Shown here: one piece after another, positions 36,613 to 58,374 of the stretch
How positions within the stretch are numbered: position 1 is the stretch's first letter
Layout of the letters: the number at the start of each line of letters is the position of its first letter
NCBI RefSeq assembly: GCF_009914755.1
Contig: NC_060948.1
Strand: one strand, 5' to 3'
DNA from: the human T2T-CHM13v2.0 reference genome, Homo sapiens
DNA: 64,000 bases
Program-made: the position numbers and the translations under genes
The notes under the pieces: generated by a model
Database searches by the model: none
Told to the model about the DNA's origin: nothing
Seen by the model: only the letters and a program-made list of their open reading frames with translations

Positions 36613-38717
36613 AGATCCATATTTTTTAAATGAAAAAAAATTTCAAAGGTACTCTGCTTGGTACAATAATCAAATGTATAAACTGAGGAATAAAACATAA
36701 CCATGAAACCTACTTATAACTGCATATGGAAAATACAGAGGATAATTTTTTAAATAACATATTATGAAAGCCTTAACTAGTAATTTGAAGAGCTGGCATT
36801 TGAAAGGCCAGTATGAATATACCTTCAAAGCAGCAACACAGGTTCCCCATGAGAAAAAGCAAACACAGGGAAAATAAAAACACAAAGGTTCAATCTCTTC
36901 TGACCTTTGAAAGACACAGCACAGACAGTGCTCCTTAGGACGAAGAGCAGGAGACCCCTAATTCCGTCACCATGGCGATAGGGCATAAACATTGCTGGGT
37001 GAGGGCACAATCCACATTGTGAGGTCCAACTGCTGCCAGGAAGACAGGAGTGCTTTTACATAGACCGAAAGGTCATTGAAGGCTCAGAGTTTTGTTTCAA
37101 GAACTGAATCCCAAGCCCACACGTTATTAGGCTGCGCTTCTTAAAACAAGTTATGAGATGGGAAAAAGGGCACCCACAAACATACGTATACATTATGTAT
37201 ATAATAATATACAGTATCATATATATAATATATATAACCTATGTATAATATTGTTTTACATCCTGCATCTTATGTTATATATATTGTATAAAATATAATA
37301 ATTGATAATATATAAGTTTTATAATTATACAGTAAGACATATAGTATATATTATAATTTATGACATATGTAATATATGTTATAAGTCATATATAGAATAT
37401 ATTATACGGTTAATATACGTATTAAATATAAATTATACATTATATATATTATATATAATATATCTGTTATATATAATACCCATTATGCATAATATATATA
37501 TTATGTCTATGTTATATATAGTATAAAACAACATATAATAATATATAAATGTATATATAAAATGCGACATATAATATATATTATATTTTATAACATATGT
37601 AATATATATTATACATTATATATAATAAGTTGTATGTATAATACCTATATTAAATATATATTATATGACTATGTTATTAATTACATGTCACATGTGTTAT
37701 ATATTATATATTTTACATAGAATATACCGGTTACATACAACATATACTATGTTACCTATAATGTATAATTTATTACATGTAAAATAAAGAATGCAATATA
37801 TTATGTATAATTTATAATATACCATATGTGGAATGTGATATATATAACATATAATATATGATATATGATATACAGTATATGATATATAACATACAATATA
37901 TGATTCCTAATATATATGGTATACAATATATATTTTATGATATGTATTCTATACGTTTTATATTCTGTTATATATAACTATTTGAAATTATATATAACTG
38001 TATAATATTTTATGTAAATATGTAATATAATATATATAACTATATAATATATTATATATAACTATATATTATGTTATATATACTTTTATAACATAATTTA
38101 CATAAAATATCATAATATAATATATATTATATTATTTCATATTACATAATATATATTACATATCACCCAATATAACTAACATACATAATATTATAATATA
38201 GATTATATTGTGTTATATTAAATATCATATATATCATGTATCATATATTCTATAATATATAATACACATTATATAATATGTATGTTGTCTATTATGTGAT
38301 ATATATAACTATATATATAATTATATTTTTATACATATAACTAGATAAACATGTAATTCTACATATTTTCATTTATAATATGTAGAATTATATAATCATA
38401 TATAATTATTTATATTCTATAAAAAATTTTATCATTATATAAATTATAATATATAAAAATTATAATATGTACTACAAATATATATATTATATATCATATA
38501 TGCTATAGTTCCTTTGTTATATATCATAATACATATAAATGTGTATTATGTTATCTATAATTATATAATTTCATATATAAGTTGTATAATATGTATCATA
38601 TATTATATATGTTATGTAATATATATAGTATATATAAGATGACACAGGATAAATATTATATACTATGACATATAAAATATATGAGGTTATATGTTACATA
38701 TAAGGCATAGCACATAA

Positions 38718-39032
<315 letters not shown>

Positions 39033-41137
39033 AGATCCATATTTTTTAAATGAAAAAAAATTTCAAAGGTACTCTGCTTGGTACAATAATCAAATGTATA
39101 AACTGAGGAATAAAACATAACCATGAAACCTACTTATAACTGCATATGGAAAATACAGAGGATAATTTTTTAAATAACATATTTTGAAAGCCTTAACTAG
39201 TAATTTGAAGAGTTGGCATTTGAAAGGCCAATATGAATATACCTTCAAAGCAGCAACACAGGTTCCCCATGAGAAAAAGCAAACACAGGGAAAATAAAAA
39301 CACAAAGGTTCAATCTCTTCTGACCTTTGAAAGACACAGCACAGACAGTGGTCCTTAGGACGAAGAGCAGGAGACCCCTAATTCCGTCACCATGGCGATA
39401 GGGCATAAACATTGCTGGGTGAGGGCACAATCCACATTGTGAGGTCCAACTGCTGCCAGGAAGACAGGAGTGCTTTTACATAGACCGAAAGGTCATTGAA
39501 GGCTCAGAGTTTTGTTTCAAGAACTGAATCCCAAGCCCACACGTTATTAGGCTGCGCTTCTTAAAACAAGTTATGAGATGGGAAAAAGGGCACCCACAAA
39601 CTTACGTATACATTATGTATATAATAATATACAGTATCATATATATAATATATATAACCTATGTATAATATTGTTTTACATCCTGCATCTTATGTTATAT
39701 ATATTGTATAAAATATAATAATTGATAATATATAAGTTTTATAATTATACAATATGACATATAGTATATATTATAATTTATGACATATATAATATATGTT
39801 ATATGTCATATATAGAATATATTATACGGTTAATATACGTATTAAATATAAATTATACATTCTATATATTATATATAATATATCTGTTATATATAATACC
39901 CATTATGCATAATATATATATTATGTCTATGTTATATATAGTATAAAACAACATATAATAATATATAATTGTATATATAAAATGCGACATATAATATATA
40001 TTATATTTTATAACATATGAAATATATATTATATATTATATATAATACGTTGTATGTATAATACCTATATTAAATATATATTATATGACTATGTTATTAA
40101 TTACATGTCACATGTGTTATATATTATATATTTTACATAGAATATACCGGTTACATACAATATATACTATGTTACCTATAATGTATTATTTATTACATGT
40201 AAAATAAAGAATGCAATATATTATGTATAATTTATAATATACCATATGTGGAATGTCATATATATAACATATAATATATGATATATGATATACAGTATAT
40301 GATATATAACATACAATATATGATTCCTAATACATATGGTATACAATATATATTTTATGATATGTATTCTATATGTTTTATATTCTGTTATATATAACTA
40401 TTTGAAATTATATATAACTGTATAATATTTTATGTAAATATGTAATATAATATATATAACTATATAATATATTATATATAACTATATATTATGTTATATA
40501 TACTTTTATAACATAATTTACATAAAATATCATAATATAATATATATTATATTATTTCATATTACATAATATATATTACATATCACCCAATATAACTAAC
40601 ATACATAATATTATAATATAGATTATATTATGTTATATTAAATATCATCTATATCATGTATCATATATTCTATAATATATATTACACATTATATAATATG
40701 TGTGTTGTCTATTATGTGATATATATAACTCTATATATAATTATATTTTTATACATATAACTAGATAAACATGTAATTCTACATATTTTCATTTATAATA
40801 TGTAGAATTATATAATCATATATAATTATTTATATTCTATAAAAAATTTTATCTTTATATAAATTATAATATATAAAAATTATAATATGTACTACAAATA
40901 TATATATTATATATCATATATGATATAGTACCTTTGTTATATATCATAATACATATAAATGTGTATTATGTTATCTATAATTATATAATTTCATATATAA
41001 GATATATAATATGTATCATATATTATATATGTTATGTAATATATGTAGTATATATAAGATGACACAGGATAAATATTATATACTATGACATATAAAATAT
41101 ATCAGGTTATATGTTACATATAAGGCATAGCACATAA

Positions 41138-41452
<315 letters not shown>

Positions 41453-43555
41453 AGATCCATATTTTTTAAATGAAAAAAAATTTCAAAGGTACTCTGCTTG
41501 GTACAATAATAAAATGTATAAACTGAGGAATAAAACATAACCATGAAACCTACTTATAACTGCATATGGAAACTACAGAGGATAATTTTTTAAATAACAT
41601 ATTATGAAAGCCTTAACTAGTAATTTGAAGAGCTGGCATTTGAAAGGCCAGTATGAATATACCTTCAAAGCAGCAACACAGGTTCCCCATGAGAAAAAGC
41701 AAACACAGGGAAAATAAAAACACAAAGGTTCAATCTCTTCTGACCTTTGAAAGACACAGCACAGACAGTGGTCCTTAGGACGAAGAGCAGGAGACCCCTA
41801 ATTCCGTCACCATGGCGATAGGGCATAAACATTGCTGGGTGAGGGCACAATCCACATTGTGAGGTCCAACTGCTGCCAGGAAGACAGGAGTGCTTTTACA
41901 TAGACCGAAAGGTCATTGAAGGCTCAGAGTTTTGTTTCAAGAACTGAATCCCAAACCCACACGTTATTAGGCTGCGCTTCTTAAAACAAGTTATGAGATG
42001 GGAAAAAGGGCACCCACAAACATACGTATACATTATGTATATAATAATATACAGTATCATATATATAATATATATAACCTATGTATAATATTGTTTTACA
42101 TCCTGCATCTTATGTTATATATATTGTATAAAATATAATAATTGATAATATATAAGTTTTATAATTATACAATATGACATACAGTATATATTATAATTTA
42201 TGACATATATAATATATGTTATATGTCATATATAGAATATATTATACGGTTAATATACGTATTAAATATAAATTATACATTATATATATTATATATAATA
42301 TATCTGTTATATATAATACCCATTATGCATAATATATATATTATGTCTATGTTATATATAGTATAAAACAACATATAATAATATATAATTGTATATATGA
42401 AATGCGACATATAATATATATTATATTTTATAACATATGAAATATATATTATATATTATATATAATACGTTGTATGTATAATACCTATATTAAATATATA
42501 TTATATGACTATGTTATTAATTACATGTCACATGTGTTATATATTATATATTTTACATAGAATATACCGGTTACATACAATATATACTATGTTACCTATA
42601 ATGTATAATTTATTACATGTAAAATAAAGAATGCAATATATTATGTATAATTTATAATATACCATATGTGGAATGTGATATATATAACATATAATATATG
42701 ATATATGATATACAGTATATGATATATAACATACAATATATGATTCCTAATACATATTGTATACAATATATATTTTATGATATGTATTCTATATGTTTTA
42801 TATTCTGTTATATATAACTATTTGAAATTATATATAACTGTATAATATTTTATGTAAATATGTAATATAATATATATAACTATATAATATATTATATATA
42901 ACTATATATTATGTTATATATACTTTTATAACATAATTTACATAATATATCATAATATAATATATATTATATTATTTCATATTACATAATATATATTACA
43001 TATCACCCAATATAACTAACATACATAATATTATTATATAGATTATATTGTGTTATATTAAATATCATATATATCATGTATCATATATTCTATAATATAT
43101 ATTACACATTATATAATATGTATGTTGTCTATTATGTGATATATATAACTATATATATAATTATATTTTTATACATATAACTAGATAAACATGTAATTCT
43201 ACATATTTTCATTTATAATATGTAGAATTATATAATCATATATAATTATTTATATTCTAAAAAATTTTATCATTCTATAAATTATAATATATAAAAATTA
43301 TAATATGTACTACAAATATATATATTATATATCATATATGATATAGTACCTTTGTTATATATCATAATACATATAAATGTGTATTATGTTATCTATAATT
43401 ATATAATTTCATATATAAGATGTATAATATGTATCATATATTATATATGTTATGTAATATATATAGTATATATAAGATGACACAGGATAAATATTATATA
43501 CTATGACATATAAAATATATGAGGTTATATGTTACATATAAGGCATAGCACATAA

Positions 43556-43870
<315 letters not shown>

Positions 43871-45975
43871 AGATCCATATTTTTTAAATGAAAAAAAATT
43901 TCAAAGGTACTCTGCTTGGTACAATAATCAAATGTATAAACTGAGGAATAAAACATAACCATGAAACCTACTTATAACTGCATATGGAAAACACAGAGGA
44001 TAATTTTCTAAATAACATATTTTGAAAGCCTTAACTAGTAATTTGAAGAGTTGGCATTTGAAAGGCCAGTATGAATATACCTTCAAAGCAGCAACACAGG
44101 TTCCCCGTGAGAAAAAGCAAACACAGGGAAAATAAAAACACAAAGGTTCAATCTCTTCTGACCTTTGCAAGACACAGCACAGACAGTGGTCCTTAGGACT
44201 AAGAGCAGGAGACCCCTAATTCCGTCACCATGGCGATAGGGCATAAACATTGCTGGGTGAGGGCACAATCCACATTGTGAGGTCCAACTGCTGCCAGGAA
44301 GACAGGAGTGCTTTTACATAGACCGAAAGGTCATTGAAGGCTCAGAGTTTTGTTTCAAGAACTGAATCCCAAGCCCACACGTTATTAGGCTGCGCTTCTT
44401 AAAACAAGTTATGAGATGGGAAAAAGGGCACCCACAAACATACGTATACATTATGTATATAATAATATACAGTATCATATATATAATATATATAACCTAT
44501 GTATAATATTGTTTTACATCCTGCATCTTATGTTATATATATTGTATAAAATATAATAATTGATAATATATAAGTTTTATAATTATACAATATGACATAT
44601 AGTATATATTATAATTTATGACATATATAATATATGTTATATGTCATATATAGAATATATTATACGGTTAACATACGTATTAAATATAAATTATACATTG
44701 TATATATTATATATAATATATCTGTTATATATAATACCCATTATGCATAATATATATATTATGTCTATGCTATATATAGTATAAAACAACATATAATAAT
44801 ATATAATTGTATATATAAAATGCGACATATAATATATATTATATTTTATAACATATGTAATATATATTATATATTATATATAATACGTTGTATGTACAAT
44901 ACCTATATTAAATATATATTATATGACTATGTTATTAATTACATGTCACATGTGTTATATATTATATATTTTACATAGAATATACCGGTTACATACAATA
45001 TATACTATGTTACCTATAATGTATAATTTATTACCTGTAAAATAAAGAATGCAATATATTATGTAAAATTTATAATATACCATATGTGGAATGTCATATA
45101 TTTAACATATAATATATGATATATGATATACAGTATATGATATATAACATACAATATATGATTCCTAATATATATGGTATACAATATATATTTTATGATA
45201 TGTATTCTATATGTTTTATATTCTGTTATATATAACTATTTGAAATTATATATAACTGTATAATATTTTATGTAAATATGTAATATAATATATATAACTA
45301 TATAATATATTATATATAACTATATATTATGTTATATATACTTTTATAACATAATATACATAAAATATCATAATATAATATATATTATATTATTTCATAT
45401 TACATAATATATATTACATATCACCCAATATAACTAACATACATAATATTATAATATAGATTATATTGTGTTATATTAAATATCATATATATCATGTATC
45501 ATATATTCTATAATATATATTACACACTATATAATATGTATGTTGTCTATTATGTGATATATATAACTCTATATATAATTATATTTTTATACATATAACT
45601 AGATAAACATGTAATTCTACATATTTTCATTTATAATATGTAGAATTATATAATCATATATAATTATTTACATGCTATAAAAAATTTTATCATTATATAA
45701 ATTATAATATATAAAAATTATAATATGTACTACAAATATATATATTATATATCATATATGATATAGTACCTTTGTTATATATCATAATACATATAAATGT
45801 GTATTATGTTATCTATAATTATATAATTTCATATATAAGATGTATAATATGTATCATATATTATATATGTTATGTAATATATATAGTATATATAAGATGA
45901 CACAGGATAAATATTATATACTATGACATATAAAATATATGAGGTTATATGTTACATATAAGGCATAGCACATAA

Positions 45976-46290
<315 letters not shown>

Positions 46291-48389
46291 AGATCCATAT
46301 TTTTTAAATGAAAAAAAATTTCAAAGGTACTCTGCTTGGTACAATAATCAAATGTATAAACTGAGGAATAAAACATAACCATGAAACCTACTTATAACTG
46401 CATATGGAAAATACAGAGGATAATTTTTTAAATAACATATTTTGAAAGCCTTAACTAGTAATTTGAAGAGTTGGCATTTGAAAGGCCAGTATGAATATAC
46501 CTTCAAAGCAGCAACACAGGTTCCCCATGAGAAAAAGCAAACACAGGGAAAATAAAAACACAAAGGTTCAATCTCTTCTGACCTTTGAAAGACACAGCAC
46601 AGACAGTGGTCCTTAGGACGAAGAGCAGGAGACCCCTAATTCCGTCACCATGGCGATAGGGCATAAACATTGCTGGGTGAGGGCACAATCCACATTCTGA
46701 GGTCCAACTGCTGCCAGGAAGACAGGAGTGCTTTTACATAGACCGAAAGGTCATTGAAGGCTCAGAGTTTTGTTTCAAGAACTGAATCCCAAGCCCACAC
46801 GTTATTAGGCTGCGCTTCTTAAAACAAGTTATGAGATGGGAAAAAGGGCACCCACAAACATACGTATACATTATGTATATAATAATATACAGTATCATAT
46901 ATATAATATATATAACCTATGTATAATATTGTTTTACATCCTGCATCTTATGTTATATATAGTATAAAATATAATAATTGATAATATATAAGTTTTATAA
47001 TTATACAATATGACATATAGTATATATTATAATTTATGACATATATAATATATGTTATATGTCATATATAGAATATATTATACGGTTAACATACGTATTA
47101 AATATAAATTATACATTGTATATATTATATATAATATATCTGTTATATATAATACCCATTATGCATAATATATATATTATGTCTATGCTATATATAGTAT
47201 AAAACAACATATAATAATATATAATTGTATATATAAAATGCGACATATAATATATATTATATTTTATAACATATGTAATATATATTATATATTATATATA
47301 ATACGTTGTATGTATAATACCTATATTAAATATATATTATATGACTATGTTATTAATTACATGTCACATGTGTTATATATTATATATTTTACATAGAATA
47401 TACCGGTTACATACAATATATACTATGTTACCTATAATGTATAATTTATTACCTGTAAAATAAAGAATGCAATATATTATGTAAAATTTATAATATACCA
47501 TATGTGGAATGTCATATATTTAACATATAATATATGATATATGATATACAGTATATGATATATAACATACAATATATGATTCCTAATATATATGGTATAC
47601 AATATATATTTTATGATATGTATTCTATATGTTTTATATTCTGTTATATATAACTATTTGAAATTATATATAACTGTATAATATTTTATGTAAATATGTA
47701 ATATAATATATATAACTATATAATATATTATATATAACTATATATTATGTTATATATACTTTTATAACATAATTTACATAAAATATCATAATATAATATA
47801 TATTATATTATTTCATATTACATAATATATATTACATATCACCCAATATAACTAACATACATAATATTATAATATAGATTATATTGTGTTATATTAAATA
47901 TCATATATATCATGTATCATATATTCTACAATATATATTACACACTATATAATATGTATGTTTTCTACTATATGATATATATAACTATATATATAATTAT
48001 ATTTTTATACATATAACTAGATAAACATGTAATTCTACATATTTTCATTTATAATATGTAGAATTATATAATCATATATAATTATATTCTATAAAAAATT
48101 TTATCATTATATAAATTATAATATATAAAAATTATAATATGTACTACAAATATATATATTATATATCATATATGATATAGTACCTTTGTTATATATCATA
48201 ATACATATAAATGTGTATTATGTTATCTATAATTATATAATTTCATATATAAGATGTATAATATGTATCATATATTATATATGTTATGTAATATATATAG
48301 TATATATAAGATGACACAGGATAAATATTATATACTATGACATATAAAATATATGAGGTTATATGTTACATATAAGGCATAGCACATAA

Positions 48390-48704
<315 letters not shown>

Positions 48705-50809
48705 AGATCCATATTTTTTAAATGAAAAAAAATTTCAAAGGTACTCTGCTTGGTACAATAATCAAATGTATAAACTGAGGAATAAAACATAACCATGAAA
48801 CCTACTTATAACTGCATATGGAAAATACAGAGGATAATTTTTTAAATAACATATTTTGAAAGCCTTAACTAGTAATTTGAAGAGTTGGCATTTGAAAGGC
48901 CAGTATGAATATACCTTCAAAGCAGCAACACAGGTTCCCCATGAGAAAAAGCAAACACAGGGAAAATAAAAACACAAAGGTTCAATCTCTTCTGACCTTT
49001 GAAAGACACAGCACAGACAGTGGTCCTTAGGACGAAGAGCAGGAGACCCCTAATTCCGTCACCATGGCGATAGGGCATAAACATTGCTGGGTGAGGGCAC
49101 AATCCACATTGTGAGGTCCAACTGCTGCCAGGAAGACAGGAGTGCTTTTACATAGACCGAAAGGTCATTGAAGGCTCAGAGTTTTGTTTCAAGAACTGAA
49201 TCCCAAGCCCACACGTTATTAGGCTGCGCTTCTTAAAACAAGTTATGAGATGGGAAAAAGGGCACCCACAAACATACGTATACATTATGTATATAATAAT
49301 ATACAGTATCATATATATAATATATATAACCTATGTATAATATTGTTTTACATCCTGCATCTTATGTTATATATATTGTATAAAATATAATAATTGATAA
49401 TATATAAGTTTTATAATTATACAATATGACATATAGTATATATTATAATTTATGACATATATAATATATGTTATATGTCATATATAGAATATATTATACG
49501 GTTAACATACGTATTAAATATAAATTATACATTGTATATATTATATATAATATATCTGTTATATATAATACCCATTATGCATAATATATATATTATGTCT
49601 ATGCTATATATAGTATAAAACAACATATAATAATATATAATTGTATATATAAAATGCGACATATAATATATATTATATTTTATAACATATGTAATATATA
49701 TTATATATTATATATAATACGTTGTATGTATAATACCTATATTAAATATATATTATATGACTATGTTATTAATTACATGTCACATGTGTTATATATTATA
49801 TATTTTACATAGAATATACCGGTTACATACAATATATACTATGTTACCTATAATGTATAATTTATTACCTGTAAAATAAAGAATGCAATATATTATGTAA
49901 AATTTATAATATACCATATGTGGAATGTCATATATTTAACATATAATATATGATATATGATATACAGTATATGATATATAACATACAATATATGATTCCT
50001 AATATATATGGTATACAATATATATTTTATGATATGTATTCTATATGTTTTATATTCTGTTATATATAACTATTTGAAATTATATATAACTGTATAATAT
50101 TTTATGTAAATATGTAATATAATATATATAACTATATAATATATTATATATAACTATATATTATGTTATATATACTTTTATAACATAATTTACATAAAAT
50201 ATCATAATATAATATATATTATATTATTTCATATTACATAATATATATTACATATCACCCAATATAATTAACATACATAATATTATAATATAGATTATAT
50301 TGTGTTATATTAAATATCATATATATCATGTATCATATATTCTATAATATATATTACACACTATATAATATGTATGTTGTCTATTATGTGATATATATAA
50401 CTCTATATATAATTATATTTTTATACATATAACTAGATAAACATGTAATTCTACATATTTTCATTTATAATATGTAGAATTATATAATCATATATAATTA
50501 TTTACATGCTATAAAAAATTTTATCATTATATAAATTATAATATATAAAAATTATAATATGTACTACAAATATATATATTATATATCATATATGATATAG
50601 TACCTTTGTTATATATCATAATACATATAAATGTGTATTATGTTATCTATAATTATATAATTTCATATATAAGATGTATAATATGTATCATATATTATAT
50701 ATGTTATGTAATATATATAGTATATATAAGATGACACAGGATAAATATTATATACTATGACATATAAAATATATGAGGTTATATGTTACATATAAGGCAT
50801 AGCACATAA

Positions 50810-51124
<315 letters not shown>

Positions 51125-53228
51125 AGATCCATATTTTTTAAATGAAAAAAAATTTCAAAGGTACTCTGCTTGGTACAATAATCAAATGTATAAACTGAGG
51201 AATAAAACATAACCATGAAACCTACTTATAACTGCATATGGAAAATACAGAGGATAATTTTTTAAATAACATATTTTGAAAGCCTTAACTAGTAATTTGA
51301 AGAGTTGGCATTTGAAAGGCCAGTATGAATATACCTTCAAAGCAGCAACACAGGTTCCCCATGAGAAAAAGCAAACACAGGGAAAATAAAAACACAAAGG
51401 TTCAATCTCTTCTGACCTTTGAAAGACACAGCACAGACAGTGGTCCTTAGGACGAAGAGCAGGAGACCCCTAATTCCGTCACCATGGCGATAGGGCATAA
51501 ACATTGCTGGGTGAGGGCACAATCCACATTCTGAGGTCCAACTGCTGCCAGGAAGACAGGAGTGCTTTTACATAGACCGAAAGGTCATTGAAGGCTCAGA
51601 GTTTTGTTTCAAGAACTGAATCCCAAGCCCACACGTTATTAGGCTGCGCTTCTTAAAACAAGTTATGAGATGGGAAAAAGGGCACCCACAAACATACGTA
51701 TACATTATGTATATAATAATATACAGTATCATATATATAATATATATAACCTATGTATAATATTGTTTTACATCCTGCATCTTATGTTATATATATTGTA
51801 TAAAATATAATAATTGATAATATATAAGTTTTATAATTATACAATATGACATATAGTATATATTATAATTTATGACATACATAATATATGTTATATGTCA
51901 TATATAGAATATATTATACGGTTAATATACGTATTAAATATAAATTATACATTATATATATTATATATAATATATCTGTTATATATAATACCCATTATGA
52001 ATAATATATATATTATGTCTATGTTATATATAGTATAAAACAACATATAATAATATATAATTGTATATATAAAATGCGACATATAATATATATTATATTT
52101 TATAACATATGTAATATATATTATATATTATATATAATACGTTGTATGTATAATACCTATATTAAATATATATTATATGACTATGTTATTAATTTCATGT
52201 CACAAGTGTTATATATTATATATTTTACATAGAATATACCGGTTACATACAATATATACTATGTTACTATAATGTATAATTTATTACATGTAAAATAAAG
52301 AATGCCATATATTATGTATAATTTATAATATACCATATGTGGAATGTGATATATATAACATATAATATATGATATATGATATACAGTATATGATATATAA
52401 CATACAATATATGATTCCTAATATATATGGTATACAATATATATTTTATGATATGTATTCTATATGTTTTATATTCTGTTATATATAACTATTTGAAATT
52501 ATATATAACTGTATAATATTTTATGTGAATATGTAATATAATATATATAACTATATAATATATTATATATAACTATATATTATGTTATATATACTTTTAT
52601 AACATAATTTACATAAAATATCATAACATAATATATATTATATTATTTCATATTACATAATATATATTACATATCACCCAATATAACTAACATACATAAT
52701 ATTATAATATAGATTATATTATCTTATATTAAATATCATATATATCATGTATCATATATTCTATAATATATATTACACATTATATAATATGTATGTTGTC
52801 TATTATGTGATATATATAACTATATATATAATTATATTTTTATACATATAACTAGATAAACATGTAATTCTACATATTTTCATTTATAATATGTAGAATT
52901 ATATAATCATATATAATTATTTATATTCTATAAAAAATTTTATCATTATATAAATTATAATATATAAAAATTATAATATGTACTACAAATATATATATTA
53001 TATATCATATATGCTATAGTACCTTTGTTATATATCATAATACATATAAATGTGTATTATGTTATCTATAATTATATAATTTCATATATAAGTTGTATAA
53101 TATGTATCATATATTATATATGTTATGTAATATATATAGTATATGTAAGATGACACAGGATAAATATTATATACTATGACATATAAAATATATGAGGTTA
53201 TATGTTACATATAAGGCATAGCACATAA

Positions 53229-53543
<315 letters not shown>

Positions 53544-55641
53544 AGATCCATATTTTTTAAATGAAAAAAAATTTCAAAGGTACTCTGCTTGGTACAATAA
53601 TCAAATGTATAAACTGAGGAATAAAACATAACCATGAAACCTACTTATAACTGCATATGGAAAATACAGAGGATAATTTTTTAAATAACATATTTTGAAA
53701 GCCTTAACTAGTAATTTGAAGAGTTGGCATTTGAAAGGCCAGTATGAATATACCTTCAAAGCAACAACACAGGTTCCCCATGAGAAAAAGCAAACACAGG
53801 GAAAATAAAAACACAAAGGTTCAATCTCTTCTGACCTTTGAAAGACACAGCACAGACAGTGGTCCTTAGGACGAAGAGCAGGAGACCCCTAATTCCGTCA
53901 CCATGGCGATAGGGCATAAACATTGCTGGGTGAGGGCACAATCCACATTGTGAGGTCCAACTGCTGCCAGGAAGACAGGAGTGCTTTTACATAGACCGAA
54001 AGGTCATTGAAGGCTCAGAGTTTTGTTTCAAGAACTGAATCCCAAGCCCACACGTTATTAGGCTGCGCTTCTTATAACAAGTTATGAGATGGGAAAAAGG
54101 GCATCCACAAACATACGTATACATTATGTATATAATAATATACAGTGTCATATATATAATATATATAACCTATGTATAATATTGTTTTACATCCTGCATC
54201 TTATGTTATATATATTGTATAAAATATAATAATTGATAATATATAAGTTTTATATTTATACAATATGACATATAGTATATATTATAATTTATGACATATA
54301 TAATATATGTTATATATCATATATAGAATATATTATACGGTTAATATACGTATTAAATATAAATTATACATTATATATATTATATATAATATATCTGTTA
54401 TATATAATACCCATTATGCATAATATATATATTATGTCTATGTTATATATAGTATAAAACAACATATAATAATATATAATTGTATATATAAAATGCGACA
54501 TATAATATATATTATATTTTATAACATATATAATATATATTATATATAATACGTTGTATGTATAATACCTATATTAAATATATATTATATGACTATGTTA
54601 TTAATTACATGTCACATGTGTTATATATTATATATTTTACATAGAATATACCGGTTACATACAATATATACTATGTTATCTATAATGTATAATTTATTAC
54701 ATGTAAAATAAAGAATGCAATATATTATGTATAATTTATAATATACCATATGTGGAATGTGATATATATAACATATAATATATGATATATGATATACAGT
54801 ATATGATATATAACATACAATATATGATTCCTAATATATATGGTATACAATATATATTTTATGATATGTATTCTATATGTTTTATATTCTGTTATATATA
54901 ACTATTTGAAATTATATATAACTGTATAATATTTTATGTAAATATGTAATATAATATATATAACTATATAATATATTATATATAACTATATATTATGTTA
55001 TATATACTTTTATAACATAATTTACATAAAATATCATAATATAATATATATTATATTATTTCATATTACATAATATATATTACATATCACCCAATATAAC
55101 TAACATACATAATATTATAATATAGATTATATTGTGTTATATTAAATATCATATATATCATATATCATATATTCTATAATATATATTACACATTATATAA
55201 TATGTATGTTGTCTATTATGTGATATATATAACTATATATATAATTATATTTTTATACATATAACTAGATAAACATGTAATTCTACATATTTTCATTTAT
55301 AATATGTAGAATTATATAATCATATATAATTATTTATATTCTATAAAAAATTTTATCATTATATAAATTATAATATATAAAAATTATAATATGTACTACA
55401 AATATATATATTATATATCATATATGCTATAGTACCTTTGTTATATATCATAATACATATAAATGTGTATTATGTTATCTATAATTATATAATTTCATAT
55501 ATAAGTTGTATAATATGTTTCATATATTATATATGTTATGTAATATATATAGTATATATAAGATGACACAGGATAAATATTATATACTATGACATATAAA
55601 ATATATGAGGTTATATGTTACATATAAGGCATAGCACATAA

Positions 55642-55956
<315 letters not shown>

Positions 55957-58059
55957 AGATCCATATTTTTTAAATGAAAAAAAATTTCAAAGGTACTCTG
56001 CTTGGTGCAATAATCAAATGTATAAACTGAGGAATAAACCATAACCATGAAACCTACTTATAACTGCATATGGAAAATACAGAGGATAATTTTTTAAATA
56101 ACATATATTGAAAGCCTTAACTAGTAATTTGAAGAGCTGGCATTTGAAAGGCCAGTATGAATATACCTTCAAAGCAGCAACACAGGTTCCCCATGAGAAA
56201 AAGCAAACACAGGGAAAGTAAAAACACAAAGGTTCAATCTCTTCTGACCTTTGAAAGACACAGCACAGACAGTGGTCCTTAGGACGAAGAGCAGGAGACC
56301 CCTAATTCCGTCACCATGGCGATAGGGCATAAACATTGCTGGGTGAGGGCACAATCCACATTGTGAGGTCCAACTGCTGCCAGGAAGACAGGAGTGCTTT
56401 TACATAGACCGAAAGGTCATTGAAGGCTCAGAGTTTTGTTTCAAGAACTGAATCCCAAGCCCACACGTTATTAGGCTGCGCTTCTTAAAACAAGTTATGA
56501 GATGGGAAAAAGGGCACCCACAAACATACGTATACATTATGTATATAATAATATACAGTATCATATATATAATATATATAACCTATGTATAATATTGTTT
56601 TACATCCTGCATCTTATGTTATATATATTGTATAAAATATAATAATTGATAATATATAAGTTTTATAATTATACAGTAAGACATATAGTATATATTATAA
56701 TTTATGACATATGTAATATATGTTATAAGTCATATATAGAATATATTATACGGTTAATATACGTATTAAATATAAATTATACATTATATATATTATATAT
56801 AATATATCTGTTATATATAATACCCATTATGCATAATATATATATTATGTCTATGTTATATATAGTATAAAACAACATATAATAATATATAAATGTATAT
56901 ATAAAATGCGACATATAATATATATTATATTTTATAACATATGTAATATATATTATATATTATATATAATATGTTGTATGTATAATACCTATATTAAATA
57001 TATATTATATGACTATGTTATTAATTACATGTCACATGTGTTATATATTATATATTTTACATAGAATATACCGGTTACATACAACATATACTATGTTACC
57101 TATAATGTATAATTTATTACATGTAAAATAAAGAATGCAATATATTATGTATAATTTATAATATACCATATGTGGAATGTGATATATATAACATATAATA
57201 TATGATATATGATATACAGTATATGATATATAACATACAATATATGATTCCTAATATATATGGTATACAATATATATTTTATGATATGTATTCTATATGT
57301 TTTATATTCTGTTATATATAACTATTTGAAATTATATATAATCTATAATATTTTATGTAAATATGTAATATAATATATATAACTATATAATATATTATAT
57401 ATAACTATATATTATATTATATATACTTTTATAACATAATTTACATAAAATATCATAATATAATATATATTATATTATTTCATATTACATAATACATATT
57501 ACATATCACCCAATATAACTAACATACATAATATTATAATATAGATTATATTATGTTATATTAAATATCATATATATCATGTATCATATATTCTATAATA
57601 TATATTACACGTTATATAATATGTATGTTGTCTATTATGTGATATATATAACTATATATATAATTATATTTTTATACATATAACTAGATAAACCTGTAAT
57701 TCTACATATTTTCATTTATAATATGTAGAATTATATAATCATATATAATTATTTATATTCTATAAAAATTTTATCATTATATAAAGTATAATATATAAAA
57801 ATTATAATATGTACTACAAATATATATATTATATATCATATATGCTATAGTACCTTTGTTATATATCATAATACATATAAATGTGTATTATGTTATCTAT
57901 AATTATATAATTTCATATATAAGTTGTATAATATGTATCATATATTATATATGTTATGTAATATATATAGTATATATAAGATGACACAGGATAAATATTA
58001 TATACTATGACATATAAAATATATGAGGTTATATGTTACATATAAGGCATAGCACATAA

Positions 58060-58374
<315 letters not shown>
